Shown here: in pieces, positions 10,078 to 21,300 of the stretch
How positions within the stretch are numbered: the stretch's first letter is position 1
How the letters are laid out: every line of letters begins with the position of its first letter
Assembly (NCBI GenBank): GCA_963812155.1
Contig: CAWETW010000001.1
Coordinates: forward strand, 64,001 to 128,000
Direction: 5' to 3'
DNA length: 64,000 bases
Source: Vulcanimicrobiota bacterium
Lineage (GTDB): Bacteria > Vulcanimicrobiota > Vulcanimicrobiia > Vulcanimicrobiales > Vulcanimicrobiaceae
Made by a program: the position numbers and the translations under genes
The notes under the pieces: model-generated
Told to the model about the DNA's origin: nothing
The model's database searches: none
The model's input: the letters and a program-made list of their open reading frames with translations, nothing else

Positions 10078-10755
10078 ATGGCCTTTCGATTTCAGCAGCC
10101 GCCGCGCGCACCGTATGGCGGAGCGCTCGCACCCGCGATTCCAACCCATTCGCTGCTCGCCCAAGTGCTCGGCATCACCGCGCTCGGGCTCTGCATTACG
10201 GCGCTGGCTGCCTACGTCGCACAGGGCGTGTCGCCGGCCATCGGCCTCGTGGCGATGGTGGTCGGGTTCATTCTCCTGTTTTCCATTTATGGAACGCGTT
10301 CGAACGAAGCGCTATCCCTGACGTTGTTCTACGCCTTCACGTTCTGCGAAGGCGTGGGCATCGCGCCGGTGATCGGGCAGTACGTCCGGACCGTCGGGCC
10401 CGGCGTCGTCGTCAATGCGGCGATTACGACGGGCTTGGGCATGTTCGCGCTCGCGGCAATCGTCTATGCCACCGGTCTCGACTTGCGGCGATTCCAGGGA
10501 ATTCTGACGATCGCACTGCTCGGACTCGTGGTCGTGGGAATCATCTCGCTGTTCGTACGCTTCATTCATCCCGAAGTGTACGCGTGGATCACGCTCGTCA
10601 TCTTCGCGGGACTGGTCCTGGTCGATTTCGCTCGGATCCGTGCCGGCGGCGACGGGCTGACGCCGGTGCTGATGGCGGTCAGCATCTACCTCGACGCGAT
10701 CAACATCTTCCTGGCGCTGCTGCAGATCTTCGGCGGCCGGCGTTCGAGCGACTGA
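10078..10755 (+). CDS. Bax inhibitor-1/YccA family membrane protein
   Basis: About 7 TM segments; C-terminal AVSIYLDAINIFLALLQI. Confidence 0.9.
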   Translation: MAFRFQQPPRAPYGGALAPAIPTHSLLAQVLGITALGLCITALAAYVAQGVSPAIGLVAMVVGFILLFSIYGTRSNEALSLTLFYAFTFCEGVGIAPVIGQYVRTVGPGVVVNAAITTGLGMFALAAIVYATGLDLRRFQGILTIALLGLVVVGIISLFVRFIHPEVYAWITLVIFAGLVLVDFARIRAGGDGLTPVLMAVSIYLDAINIFLALLQIFGGRRSSD

Positions 10756-10782
10756 CGGATCGTACGTGAAGCCCGCCGGGAC

Positions 10783-10791
10783 TGGTATACT
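10783..10791 (+). promoter_or_regulatory. Extended -10 promoter (TGgTATACT) 8 nt before the purF ATG
   Basis: tggtatact followed by gtaaggac ATG. Confidence 0.5.
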
Positions 10792-10799
10792 GTAAGGAC

Positions 10800-12173
10800 A
10801 TGTGCGGGATAACGGGGGTCTATGCGCCGGGGCGCGATGCGGCCCGGCTCGCATTCTTTGCGCTCTACGCACTGCAGCACCGCGGCCAGGAGTCGGCGGG
10901 CATCGCCGCCGCGGACGGCGGCACGATCCGCTCCCACAAAGAGATGGGCCTGCTGGGGGCTATCTTCGATGAAGAGATCCTCGCCCGGCTGAGCGGCCAC
11001 GTCGCGATCGGGCACACCCGCTACTCCACGACCGGTTCGTCCATCGTCGTTAACGCGCAGCCCCTACTCGAGCGCACGGAACTCGGGGATTTCGCTTTCG
11101 CGCACAACGGCAATCTCACCAATACCGACGAGTTGCGCGAAACCTTGTCACCCACGACCGTGCTGCAGGCCTCGTCGGATTCCGAGGTCGTGGCTAAACT
11201 GCTGGTCGAGTCGGGCGGTTCGATGGTCGACCGGATCAAAGCCGTGCTGGCCGTGGCGCGCGGGGCGTACTCGGTCGTTCTTTGCACGCAAGACGAACTC
11301 TACGCTTTCCGGGATCCGTGGGGCGTGCGCCCGCTGTGTTTGGGATCGCTCCCCGAAGGCGGCTACGTCGTCGCCTCGGAATCGTGCGCGCTCGGTACCG
11401 TCGGGGCGCGCTACGAGCGCGAAATCGGCCGCGGCGAAATCGTGCGGATCGGTCCGTCCGGTCTGGAAAGCATTCAGACCGACGTGAGCGACGTCTCACC
11501 CGCGCTGTGCATGTTCGAATACATTTATTTTTCGCGGCCGGATTCGAAGTTCAGCGATCGATCGATCTACATGGCTCGCTACGCGATGGGGCGCGAACTT
11601 GCGAAGGAACATCCCGTCGAGGCCGACGTCGTGATGGCCGTTCCCGACTCGGCGGTGCCCGGCGGGATCGGGTATGCCGCCGAGAGCGGATTACCGTATA
11701 TCGAAGGACTCATCAAAAACCGCTACATCGGCCGCACGTTCATCAGCCCGGATCAGGCGATGCGCTCGCGCGGCGTGCACTTGAAGTTCAATCCCGTCGT
11801 CGAAAACCTCGCCGGACAGCGTGTCGTCGTGGTCGACGACTCGATCGTGCGCGGCACGACGACGCCTCGAATCGTGACGCTGCTGCGCGAAGCCGGCGCC
11901 ACCCAAGTGCATCTGCGCATCACGTCGCCGCCGATCAAGCACCCCTGTTATCTCGGCGTCGACATGGCAACCTACGATGAACTCATCGCAGCAAACTACA
12001 CGGTGGATGAAATTCGGCAGCGCACCGGTGCCGATTCGCTCGGCTATCTGAGCCTCGACCGCTTGATTTCGGCAGTCGGGCGCAACCGGGACGAAACCTG
12101 CCTCGGCTGCTTTATCGGAGAGTATCCCAACGTGCCAGCAGCCCGCGAAATCCGCAAAGTCGCATCATCCTAG
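10800..12173 (+). CDS. purF: Amidophosphoribosyltransferase
   Basis: MCGI N-terminus, LQHRGQESAG, GHTRYSTTG, HNGNLTN, VVVDDSIVRGTT. Confidence 0.97.
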   Translation: MCGITGVYAPGRDAARLAFFALYALQHRGQESAGIAAADGGTIRSHKEMGLLGAIFDEEILARLSGHVAIGHTRYSTTGSSIVVNAQPLLERTELGDFAFAHNGNLTNTDELRETLSPTTVLQASSDSEVVAKLLVESGGSMVDRIKAVLAVARGAYSVVLCTQDELYAFRDPWGVRPLCLGSLPEGGYVVASESCALGTVGARYEREIGRGEIVRIGPSGLESIQTDVSDVSPALCMFEYIYFSRPDSKFSDRSIYMARYAMGRELAKEHPVEADVVMAVPDSAVPGGIGYAAESGLPYIEGLIKNRYIGRTFISPDQAMRSRGVHLKFNPVVENLAGQRVVVVDDSIVRGTTTPRIVTLLREAGATQVHLRITSPPIKHPCYLGVDMATYDELIAANYTVDEIRQRTGADSLGYLSLDRLISAVGRNRDETCLGCFIGEYPNVPAAREIRKVASS

Positions 12174-12188
12174 CTGCGCGGGTTACGC

Positions 12189-13040
12189 TCAGCGTGAGAG
12201 GTCGTGTGCCGGCGCCGGCGTCGAGGCGACGTCGCCGGGCGGGAAGATGCCTTCTTTAACTTCGCGCGCGTAGGCGCTCAGCGCTTCGGTTGCGAGGCGG
12301 CCGATCTCCGCGTAGCGTTTGGCGAATGAGGGCGAATGGCCGTACATGCCGAGAATGTCGTGCAGCACGAGTACCTGCGAATCGCAGTGCGGTCCCGCAC
12401 CGATGCCGATGGTCGGGATCGAAAGCAGTTCGGTGATTTCGCGCGCGATGCCGTGATCGACGACCTCGAGCACGATGGCATAGGCGCCGGCGGATTCGAT
12501 CGCCTGCGCGTCGGCGACGAGCCGGTCGCGATGCGTTCGCATTTTGAACCCCGGTCCAAGACCGGCGGTTTGCGGCGTGACGCCGATGTGTCCCACGACC
12601 GGAATGCCGGTGCGCGCGATCGCGCGCACGCGGTCGGCCTCGTAGACGCCGCCTTCGAGCTTCACCGAACACGCGCCGCCCTCTTTGATGCAGCGTATCG
12701 CCGCGCGAATCGCATCCTCGTTACTCACTTGATACGATCCGAACGGCATGTCGGCAATGACGTGCGCGCGATTGGAACCGCGAACGACGGCTTGCGCGTG
12801 GTGAATGATCTCGTCGAGCGTGACGGGCGTCGTCTCGTCGTAGCCGAGAACGACGTTGCCGACACTGTCGCCCACGAGAATGACGTCGATTCCCGCGTCT
12901 TCCACGAATTGCGCGAAGGGAGCGTCGTAGGCGGTGGCTACCGCAAAGGGCGCCTTCCCTTTTCGCCGTTTGATCGCGCCCGCGGTGAGGCGGCGAATCG
13001 CCGGGTTCTTCTCGGGTTCGTAGGAGCGGGCATCCGACAT
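12189..13040 (-). CDS. panB: 3-methyl-2-oxobutanoate hydroxymethyltransferase
   Basis: TAYD, LVGDS, ADMPFGSY, VKLEGG, IGIGAG and QVLVLHD motifs. Confidence 0.96.
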   Translation of the reverse strand: MSDARSYEPEKNPAIRRLTAGAIKRRKGKAPFAVATAYDAPFAQFVEDAGIDVILVGDSVGNVVLGYDETTPVTLDEIIHHAQAVVRGSNRAHVIADMPFGSYQVSNEDAIRAAIRCIKEGGACSVKLEGGVYEADRVRAIARTGIPVVGHIGVTPQTAGLGPGFKMRTHRDRLVADAQAIESAGAYAIVLEVVDHGIAREITELLSIPTIGIGAGPHCDSQVLVLHDILGMYGHSPSFAKRYAEIGRLATEALSAYAREVKEGIFPPGDVASTPAPAHDLSR

Positions 13041-13109
13041 GCCGTTGCGCGCTCTCTTGCCTGACGTGTACACGGGAATGCGCTTCGCTAGCGCCTCTTC
13101 AAGGCCCCG

Positions 13110-13679
13110 CTACTGAAAGGCCATCGGGGCGGTCGTCGATTGTTTGTGCGATCCGCACGTGACTTTGCCAGTCAGCGTCGCCGGTCCGGAATACGTTTCG
13201 GGGTTGCGATTGGTGCCGTAGAGATACCATCCGCCGGCTTGCGGGATTTTGACATTGGCACTGAACGTGTCGATCGTTTTGGCGCCGTTGGCGATCGTCC
13301 ACGTGAGCGTGCACGATCCTTTGTAACTCACGTCGGTGAACGCCAAAGTGTATTGCCAGGCAACGTGCTTCGGAACCAGATTCGACGGCCCGGTCAATCC
13401 GATGCTGTCCCGACTGGACACGCCTTCGACGCAGCCCGTGCACGGCACGCCGCTTTGTGCCGGTCCGGTCGCGACGAAGTCGAGCAAAATCGCTTGAGTA
13501 GCGTGCGGCGTAAAGGCGAGCGGATGGAACAAGATGCGGCTGGGCGCCGCGAACGATGCGCCGGCGACGGGCGCGGCAACGGGAACGGCCGCCGAGCCGG
13601 AATTTTGGGCGGTCCCGTAGCACGCGCCGAGCCCAAAGAGCGGCAACGCAAGAACGCCGAGGCGAGAGAATAGACGCAT
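13110..13679 (-). CDS. Hypothetical lipoprotein or secreted protein
   Basis: LGAC lipobox-like signal; CxxC; RBS GAGGTG. Confidence 0.6.
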   Translation of the reverse strand: MRLFSRLGVLALPLFGLGACYGTAQNSGSAAVPVAAPVAGASFAAPSRILFHPLAFTPHATQAILLDFVATGPAQSGVPCTGCVEGVSSRDSIGLTGPSNLVPKHVAWQYTLAFTDVSYKGSCTLTWTIANGAKTIDTFSANVKIPQAGGWYLYGTNRNPETYSGPATLTGKVTCGSHKQSTTAPMAFQ

Positions 13680-13715
13680 GACACCTCACTGACGGAAGTG
13701 GAAACGCGTCGAGGA

Positions 13716-15254
13716 TTACTTTGCGGTTAGGGCCGCTCCTGCGCCATTGCCTGCCGCCGAGACCACCGGCGTGCCGGCGAGCGCTTCGGTGAGCGCGACG
13801 AAACTTCGCACCGGAATTCCGGTCGGTCCCTTCGCTTGCCAGCCCGACTCGCCGTCGAGATAGGCCGTGCCGGCGATGTCGAGATGCAGCCACGGCGTTT
13901 CGTCGTCCACGAACGCGCGCAGAAACGCGGCTGCCGTGAGCGTTCCCGCGGCGCGGCCGCCGGTATTCTTGAGATCGGCGATATCGCTCTTCATCTGCGT
14001 CGAGTAATCGTCGTAGTACGGCATCTGCCAGAAACGCTCGCCCGCGGCTTTCGCGGCCGCGAGGAATTCCGTCGCAAACGCGTCGTCGTTCGAAACTGCC
14101 GCTGCGGCAGCGTGTCCGAGCGCGATGACGACCGCGCCGGTGAGCGTCGCGACGTCGACGATCTTCGTGGCTCCTAGTTTTTTCGCGTAGCACAGGCCGT
14201 CGGCGAGAATCAGGCGGCCTTCGGCGTCGGTGTTGATGACCTCGATGGTCTTGCCGTTCATCGCTTTGACGATGTCGCCGGGTTTGGTGGCCTTTCCGCC
14301 AGGCATGTTCTCGGTCGCCGGCACGATGCCGACGACGTTGAGTTTCGGTTTGAGTTTTCCGATTGCCGACATTGCCGCGATCACCGCAGCGCCGCCGGAC
14401 ATGTCGTATTTCATCTCTTCCATGCGCTCGGCCGGCTTGATGGAGATACCGCCGCTGTCGAACGTGATGCCTTTGCCGACGAGCGCCAGCAGTTCTTTGC
14501 TGCCCGGATCCCCTGCGTAACGCAGGACGATGAACTTCGGCGGCTGCGCGCTGCCTTGGGCGACCGAGAGGAACGATCCCATACCTTCGCGGCGCGCCGC
14601 GTCTTCGTCGAGCACTTCGATCTGCAGCGATGCGTCTTTCGCAGCCTCCGTGGCGCGCTCGGCCAAGATCGCAGGCGTCATGTCGTTGGCGGGCGTGATT
14701 GCCAAGCGGCGCGCGAGGTTCACGGCTTCGCCGATCGCGGTGCCGCGCGTTACGCCGCGCTCGAGCGCAGCCGTGTCGAAGCCTTCCGACAACACGGTGA
14801 CTTCCGAAACGGCGATCCGCTTTTCCGGCGAATCTTGATAGACGGTCGTTTCGAACGATCCGGCGATGGCGCCCTCGGTAACGAAGGATGCGGCTTCGGT
14901 TTCACGGCCGCGCACGCAGTCGGGCAACACCAGCGCGAACGAACGAACGTTGCGACGTCCGAGCTGGCGAACGGCGATGGCCGCGTAGCGCGCCAGCGAG
15001 GGGATTTCGAACTTCGCCGCCGTGCCCAGCCCGATGGCGAGCACGCGCCGGAACGGACGATCCGCCGCATACGCCAGAACGGTTTCTCCGAATTTTCCCT
15101 TGACTTCACCCGCGGCGAGCGCGCCCGAAACGGCGGAGCCGGCCAGGCCGTCGATGCTTTTGGCCGTTCCGTCGACGGCCCCGTCGAAGAATGGAACGAC
15201 GAGGGCTTCGGTGCGCACGTCCCGCGGCGCATCGTGGGCTAAACGTATTTGCAT
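13716..15254 (-). CDS. pepA: Leucyl aminopeptidase (M17)
   Basis: VGKGITFDSGG, MKYDMSG, NTDAEGRL and WLHLDIAG motifs. Confidence 0.96.
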   Translation of the reverse strand: MQIRLAHDAPRDVRTEALVVPFFDGAVDGTAKSIDGLAGSAVSGALAAGEVKGKFGETVLAYAADRPFRRVLAIGLGTAAKFEIPSLARYAAIAVRQLGRRNVRSFALVLPDCVRGRETEAASFVTEGAIAGSFETTVYQDSPEKRIAVSEVTVLSEGFDTAALERGVTRGTAIGEAVNLARRLAITPANDMTPAILAERATEAAKDASLQIEVLDEDAARREGMGSFLSVAQGSAQPPKFIVLRYAGDPGSKELLALVGKGITFDSGGISIKPAERMEEMKYDMSGGAAVIAAMSAIGKLKPKLNVVGIVPATENMPGGKATKPGDIVKAMNGKTIEVINTDAEGRLILADGLCYAKKLGATKIVDVATLTGAVVIALGHAAAAAVSNDDAFATEFLAAAKAAGERFWQMPYYDDYSTQMKSDIADLKNTGGRAAGTLTAAAFLRAFVDDETPWLHLDIAGTAYLDGESGWQAKGPTGIPVRSFVALTEALAGTPVVSAAGNGAGAALTAK

Positions 15255-15289
15255 GGTGAACCTTTCGCGTGGTGAACTACTGCCCAACG

Positions 15290-16363
15290 ATGGACGAGCC
15301 CTGCGAAGGCACGCCGGCGAACGACGGCGGCCGCCCATCCGACGCGTATGCGCGCGCCGGAGTCGACATTGCCGCCGGTAGTGCGGCAGTTGCGCGCTAT
15401 CGCGACGTACTAGGCGCCTGGCGGCATCCCGAACAGCTCGACGCAATCGGCGGCTTCGGCGGCGTCTTTCGACTACCCGGCGATGAATGCCGGGCGTTGG
15501 TCGCTTCCAACGACGGCGTCGGTACGAAGCTGCTCATCGCCGCCGAACTCCGGCGCTACGATTCGGTCGGCGCCGATTTGGTGAACCACTGCGTGAACGA
15601 CATCTTGGTCGTGAACGCGTCGCCGCTGTTCTTTCTCGATTATCTCGCGGTCGGCAAACTCGATCCCGACGTCGCCGCGCAAATTGTCGCGGGTTGTGCG
15701 CGCGCGTGCCGCGCGCACAACTGTGCGCTGCTGGGCGGCGAAACCGCCGAGATGCCCGGCCTCTACGCGCCGGAGCATTTCGATCTCGCCGGAACGATCG
15801 TCGGCATCGTCGACGTCGCACAGCTGCCGGATCCGGGGAGCGTCGCGCCGGGTGACGCGATCGTCGGCTTGCCGGCGGTCGGGCTGCACACGAACGGTTA
15901 TTCGCTGGCGCGCGCGCTCGTCACACGCGACGAGTGGGATGCACCGCTTCCCGGGACGGCTGGCACGTACGCCGACGCGCTCTTGTCGCCGCATCCGTCG
16001 TACTACCAAGCGGTACGCGCCATTCAAGCCGTCGCGCGCGTAAAAGTCATGGCGCACGTTACCGGCGGCGGCTTACTCGAAAACGTGCCGCGCACGCTGC
16101 CGGCCAACATGAAGGCGATCTTCGAGCAACGGCGCTGGTCCATCCCGGAAATCGAACGGGTGCTGGTATCGCGCGGCAAACTCGGGGTCGAAGAACGCTA
16201 TCGCACCCTGAACATGGGGGTCGGATACACGCTCGTCGTTCCGCTTGCAGATGCCGAACGCGCCGTCGCTGCAGCGCCGGGCGCCGCGGTCGTCGGTTGG
16301 ATCGAAGCGCGGGAAGGCGACGAGCCGCAGTCGATCGTCCATCCGGAGCGCGACGCGGCGTGA
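15290..16363 (+). CDS. purM: Phosphoribosylaminoimidazole (AIR) synthetase
   Basis: YARAGVD, DGVGTK, GGETAEMPG, GLHTNGYSL and HVTGGG motifs. Confidence 0.96.
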   Translation: MDEPCEGTPANDGGRPSDAYARAGVDIAAGSAAVARYRDVLGAWRHPEQLDAIGGFGGVFRLPGDECRALVASNDGVGTKLLIAAELRRYDSVGADLVNHCVNDILVVNASPLFFLDYLAVGKLDPDVAAQIVAGCARACRAHNCALLGGETAEMPGLYAPEHFDLAGTIVGIVDVAQLPDPGSVAPGDAIVGLPAVGLHTNGYSLARALVTRDEWDAPLPGTAGTYADALLSPHPSYYQAVRAIQAVARVKVMAHVTGGGLLENVPRTLPANMKAIFEQRRWSIPEIERVLVSRGKLGVEERYRTLNMGVGYTLVVPLADAERAVAAAPGAAVVGWIEAREGDEPQSIVHPERDAA

Positions 16364-16764
16364 GCGAGGCAACGCTGCACGATATCGCGGCGTCCCTCGA
16401 CACCACCGACATGCGCGACGTGCGCGCGCGCCGCGCGCTGGAGATCGTGCGCGCCGGGCGCGACTTCCGGTGGGCCGGAATTTACGACGTCGACGACGAT
16501 CGGATCGAATCGATCGGACACAGCGGCGTGCAGGCACCGGTCTTCATCGAGCTTCCCGCCGATCGTGGGACGATCGGTGAGGCGGTGCGAACGCGCGCGA
16601 CCGTGATTCGAAACGCACAAATGATCGTCCCGATTCTCGGCGCGGAGAGCGGCGTTCCGATCGGTACGCTCGTCGTGGAGCGCGACGCAACCGCCCGCTT
16701 TACCGAGGAGGACCAAGCCTTCGTCGAGCGCTGCGCGATCGCGCTGATGCCGCTCTTCGAATAG
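16360..16764 (+). CDS. GAF domain protein (fRMsr-like fold)
   Basis: FRWAGIY, IVPIL...IGTLVVE...FTEEDQAFVE; GTG overlaps the purM stop. Confidence 0.7.
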   Translation: MSEATLHDIAASLDTTDMRDVRARRALEIVRAGRDFRWAGIYDVDDDRIESIGHSGVQAPVFIELPADRGTIGEAVRTRATVIRNAQMIVPILGAESGVPIGTLVVERDATARFTEEDQAFVERCAIALMPLFE

Positions 16765-16773
16765 ACGGCGCGC

Positions 16774-17874
16774 GTGGCGGAACTGCTCAATCTCGTCGTC
16801 GATCTGGACGAGGCACTAGCGCCCGCGCCGGATGCAGGCCTCGAGGTGCGCGCGTCCGGCGATGCCGGAGACCGGACGCTGGCGTGGATCGACGAATGTT
16901 TCGGCGGCTGGTGGAGTTCGGAAGCATACGCCGCGCGCACGGTCGTCGCGCTTCGCGGCGACGCTCCGGCCGGCTTTGCCGCATTCGACCCGAGCGGACT
17001 GCGTTTTCGCTGGCTGCGCGGACTGGCGCGCGAACCGGGCATCGGCCTCTTCGGACCAATCGGCGTCGCGCCCGCGGCGCGCGGCCGGCGCTTGGGGCGC
17101 AGGCTGCTGCAACGGGCGCTTTGGGAGTTACGGACGCGCGGCTATGCGCGCGCGCTCATTCCGGCCGTCGGCGAACGCATTGCGCCGTTCTACGTTTCCG
17201 CCGGCGCGCGCGTCGCGGAACGGTTCGATCGCGCCGCCTTGCTCGCGCCGGCGCCACGCACGCTCGTGTTAGCGTCCGGAAGTGGAAGCAATTTCCAGGC
17301 CGTCGCCGAGCGCGCCGCCGCGGGATCGCTTCCCATCCGATTGCTCGGCGTCGTGACGAATCGTTCCAACGCAGGCGTCGTGGCGCGCGCTCGCGATGCC
17401 GGATTGGATGCCGTCGTGCTGCCGTGGAAGCGAGCCGAGGAAACGCGTGACGCCTACGACGCGCGCTTGCTGAAAACGGTTTCCGAGATGGCTCCCGAGC
17501 TCGTCCTGCTGCTCGGATGGATGCACCTGCTCGACGAACGCTTCGTGACGGCGTTTCCAAATCTCGTCAACGTGCACCCGGCATTTCTTCCGCTGGATCC
17601 GCAGCGCGACGAGGTCGGGCTTCCGGACGGATCGAGGATGCCGGCCTTTCGCGGCGTCGCCGCCGTTGCGGACGCACTGGCCGCCAATCAGGGATGGATC
17701 GGCGCCACCGTGCATCTCGTCACGCCGCAAACCGATCGCGGACCCGTGCTCGCGCGGCGCCCGCTGAAGTTGCGATTAGGCGAGGACGAAGCCGGCGTGA
17801 TGCAGCGCCTCCATCCGTTGGAACACGAACTGGTCGCCGCCGCGGTGCTGCGCCGGCTCTACGAGCGCGAGTAG
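16774..17874 (+). CDS. purN: GNAT acetyltransferase fused to phosphoribosylglycinamide formyltransferase
   Basis: N-terminal FGPIGVAPAARGRRLG (acetyl-CoA motif A); C-terminal LASGSGSNFQA, NVHPAFLP, ATVHLV..TDRGP. Confidence 0.88.
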   Translation: MAELLNLVVDLDEALAPAPDAGLEVRASGDAGDRTLAWIDECFGGWWSSEAYAARTVVALRGDAPAGFAAFDPSGLRFRWLRGLAREPGIGLFGPIGVAPAARGRRLGRRLLQRALWELRTRGYARALIPAVGERIAPFYVSAGARVAERFDRAALLAPAPRTLVLASGSGSNFQAVAERAAAGSLPIRLLGVVTNRSNAGVVARARDAGLDAVVLPWKRAEETRDAYDARLLKTVSEMAPELVLLLGWMHLLDERFVTAFPNLVNVHPAFLPLDPQRDEVGLPDGSRMPAFRGVAAVADALAANQGWIGATVHLVTPQTDRGPVLARRPLKLRLGEDEAGVMQRLHPLEHELVAAAVLRRLYERE

Positions 17875-17878
17875 CGGC

Positions 17879-18352
17879 GTGGCAATCGAGGTGCAGCGAG
17901 CGACCAACGCCGAGGAGTTCGAAGCATTTCGCGCCCTCGCGGAAGAGTACGAAGCGACCCTTCCCGACGATCTCAAACACGCCGACTTCGCCGCGCAGTA
18001 TGCCGATGTCGCGGCGCATTTCTCGTCGCCGCACGCGGCCTTCGTCGCTCGCGCCGGCGGCGCGCCGGCGGGGTGCGTCGCCCTGACGGCGCACCCGGCC
18101 GACCGCACCGCCGTCGTGAAGAAGCTGTACGTCGCACCGGCTTATCGCAAGCGCGGCGCGGCGCGCGCGCTCATGAACGCGCTGATCGCTTACGCGCGCG
18201 AACGCGGCGTCGCACGGCTCGTGCTCGACACCGAGCGCGCGCGAATGGCACCAGCCTATGCGCTTTACCTCGCGCTTGGATTCCGGGAGTGCGCGCCCTA
18301 CGGCGAGGTTGACTACCGGTGCGCGACGTTCATGGATCTGCAGATCGAATAA
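17879..18352 (+). CDS. GNAT N-acetyltransferase
   Basis: KKLYVAPAYRKRGAAR, LDT, AYALYLALGF. Confidence 0.88.
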   Translation: MAIEVQRATNAEEFEAFRALAEEYEATLPDDLKHADFAAQYADVAAHFSSPHAAFVARAGGAPAGCVALTAHPADRTAVVKKLYVAPAYRKRGAARALMNALIAYARERGVARLVLDTERARMAPAYALYLALGFRECAPYGEVDYRCATFMDLQIE

Positions 18353-18355
18353 GCG

Positions 18356-21300
18356 ATGGTTCAGGTTCAGATTTTTCTTCCCGAACTCTGGAGTCTGCTC
18401 GGCGGCGTTTTGGCGCTCCAGGGCCACGTCTATCGCGAAGCACTTTCGTTCGAGGGCGCGATTCCAGCTGCAATCGCGATCGTGCTGGCCGCCGGTCTGA
18501 GCGAAGCATTCGGGCAGAGCATCGTTCTCTTCGCCAACCGCGTCAAGCCGGCGCGATTCATCTTCAGTCTCTTCGTCGATGCGCTGCTGTTCGCGTTCGG
18601 TTACGTCTTTCTCGTGCTCAGCACGTGGCTCGTGTGCCGCTTACCGGGCGCGCCGCACCTCTCGCTACGCGATTTCGCGCTCGTGCTGGCGATGAGCTAC
18701 GCGCCGGTGCTGTTCGCGTTTCTGAGCGCGCTGCCGTACCTCGGCTCGGCGGTGATCAACGGGCTGCGCGTATGGCACTTGCTCGCAATGGTCGTCGGCG
18801 TTGCCGCCGCCGGCGGCATCGACGTGTTCGCGTCGGCGACGTACGTCTGGCTCGGGTGGCTCGTGATGATGCTCGTGCAGCGCAGTTTCGGCAAGCCGAT
18901 CGTGGCGCTCGGATCCAAGGTGCTCGATGCGGTCGCCGGCGTTCGCGTGATCGACGACGCACAAGTCATCGTCGGCCGCGCCGAATCCGGAACGGCGAAT
19001 GTGTCCGACGCGCCGAACGTCGAGGTCGCACAGAAGGCCCGCGCGCATCCGCGCGGATGGATGGCGCTCGCTGGGATTGCCGGCATGGCGCTGCTCGGCG
19101 TCATCGTCGCGCTGGCGCTCGAACCGGTGCGGCGCGGCATCTTCGGATGGCAAGAACATCTTCCCAAGCTCGTGCAACTTCCGTTCGATTTGCTGTGGAT
19201 CGGCGTCATTGCGATCATCGTGGCGGCGTTCATGGCGCCGCTCGAAACGCTGGGCTGGTGGGCGGGCTGGTATGGCGACGAGATCGACACGAGCGACGAG
19301 ACGCGGCCCGAAGCCGCGGCGCCGCGTACCGGCGTCGCGCGTTACGTGCTCTATCTGGACGGCATCGCGCAATCCAGCGGCTCGTACACGTCCGACATCG
19401 AAACCTTTCTCGACGCGTTGTCGCCCGAACTTCCCGCCAACGTGATCCTCGTCCGCGGTGTAATGGCCTATTCCGTGCTGAACCGGCCGCTCGAAGACGA
19501 TCCGATTCTCTCGCGCTTTTGGAAACTCGTGGACGCGCAGCGCAGCCGCAGCCTCAACTCGCTGCTCGGATGGTTCATCAACATTCGCAACGTCACGATC
19601 GTCGCCGTGTCGGCCGATCCCCGTTACGGTCCGATGTATAACTTCGGCATGGCCGACGTCATCTATCGGTCGTTGCTTGCGCAAGGGTATCGCAAGGGCA
19701 GCGGCACCCCCGTGACGCTCGTCGGATACAGCGGCGGCGGACAGATGGCGTGCGGAAGCGCGTCGTTCCTCAAGCGCGCGCTCGACGCGCCGGTCGACGT
19801 GATCTCGCTCGGCGGCGTAATCAGCGGGACCGATCCGATCTTGCAACTCGAACATCTCTACCATCTCGTGGGCGATCGCGACAAGGTCGAAAAAATCGGC
19901 CCGGTCATGTTCTCGTCGCGCTGGCCGATTGCGGTGCTCTCGTATTGGAACCGGGCGAAGCGACTGGGATCGCTTACGCGCGTTTCGCTAGGGCCGGTAG
20001 GGCATCAAGTGCCGGGCGGGATGCTCGATCCGGCAGCGACGCTGCCCGACGGCCGCACGAATCTCCGGCAAACGCTCGATTACATCGGCAGCATCGTCCG
20101 GGATCGTTTCGTTCCCAAAGACGAACCGCCGCGCTTGCCGACCAATTACGCCCGATACATAGAAGCCACTGGTGCACTCTGGGCATTTCTCGCGTCGAGC
20201 GCGAGCGATCCGGGCGAACGTGAGCGCGCGAGCGGCCGTTACGCCGCCGCGGCGCCGTGGATGGGGCGCCTCATTCTTCCGGCACGCAAGGAGCGGTTCG
20301 GGGGCGCCCTTTTCGAGGTCGGCGGAACGCCGCCCGAACGTGCGGATCTGCTCGGGAAAACAGTGCGCCTGCGCTGGAACGACGAGACCGACGTGCGTAA
20401 CCGCGTGCGCACGGCGATCCGCGACGTCAACTTTAGCGCCGAAGCGGCGTCGGCCGGCATCTACGGCGGACTCGTGATGCCCACTCGCCTCAACCGATGG
20501 CGTTTGGTCGATCCACTGGAATCCCTCGCCGGCGCACATCCCATGGACGACGTCGTCGTAAAACTCGACGGCGACGTGCGCGTCGTTGACGCCGGCAACA
20601 CCGTGGAGTTGCGCGTCGACCGCGAGCCCGTGCAGATCACCGGCCGGTTTCGCGCGCTGCTCACGTTCCTCGGGCGCGCGCCCGAGAAAGACTGCTATCG
20701 CGTCCTCCACTTCGACCGGGCGACGCGCACGTTCGCCGGCGATGAAGATGTCGTGGAGATGCCGGCGATCGCCGACGACCTCGACGGGCGGCCAAACTCG
20801 ATTGCCGAGGGCATCGAGCGTTGGCCGCTCAATGCCGGCGGATGGTATGCGACGGGCGCGTTTCGCGACGGTCGATTCGTCGTGCAGTCGCTCGCTCCGC
20901 GCGATCTGCTGAGAGCCGATGCGGCGCGTACGCCGCTCGATAGCGCGAAGACCGCGGCGAAGTACGTCCGCCGCGACGCGTGGCGCGACATCGTCGCGGC
21001 ACGCGGGGGAATCGCCGCGGCGCAGATGGTTCCTTGGAAAACCGGCGACACCGGATTGGTCGTGCACAGCTACGGCGGCATCGGCGGCCCCAATCGAGAG
21101 AAGGCGGCATCCGGTCCGATCTATTTCGGCCATTTCGCGTACGGCATGGCCGAGGTCGTTGACGATCCGCTCGGCGACGAACCGCGCTTCGAGATCACCT
21201 ACCATCAAGTCTACACGCAAAATGGCGACGGCCTCGTTGCCGGAGCGCTCGACTGGTCGCGCTACATGGGCGACCGGCAATACGGCTGGTCCGGCGTGCG

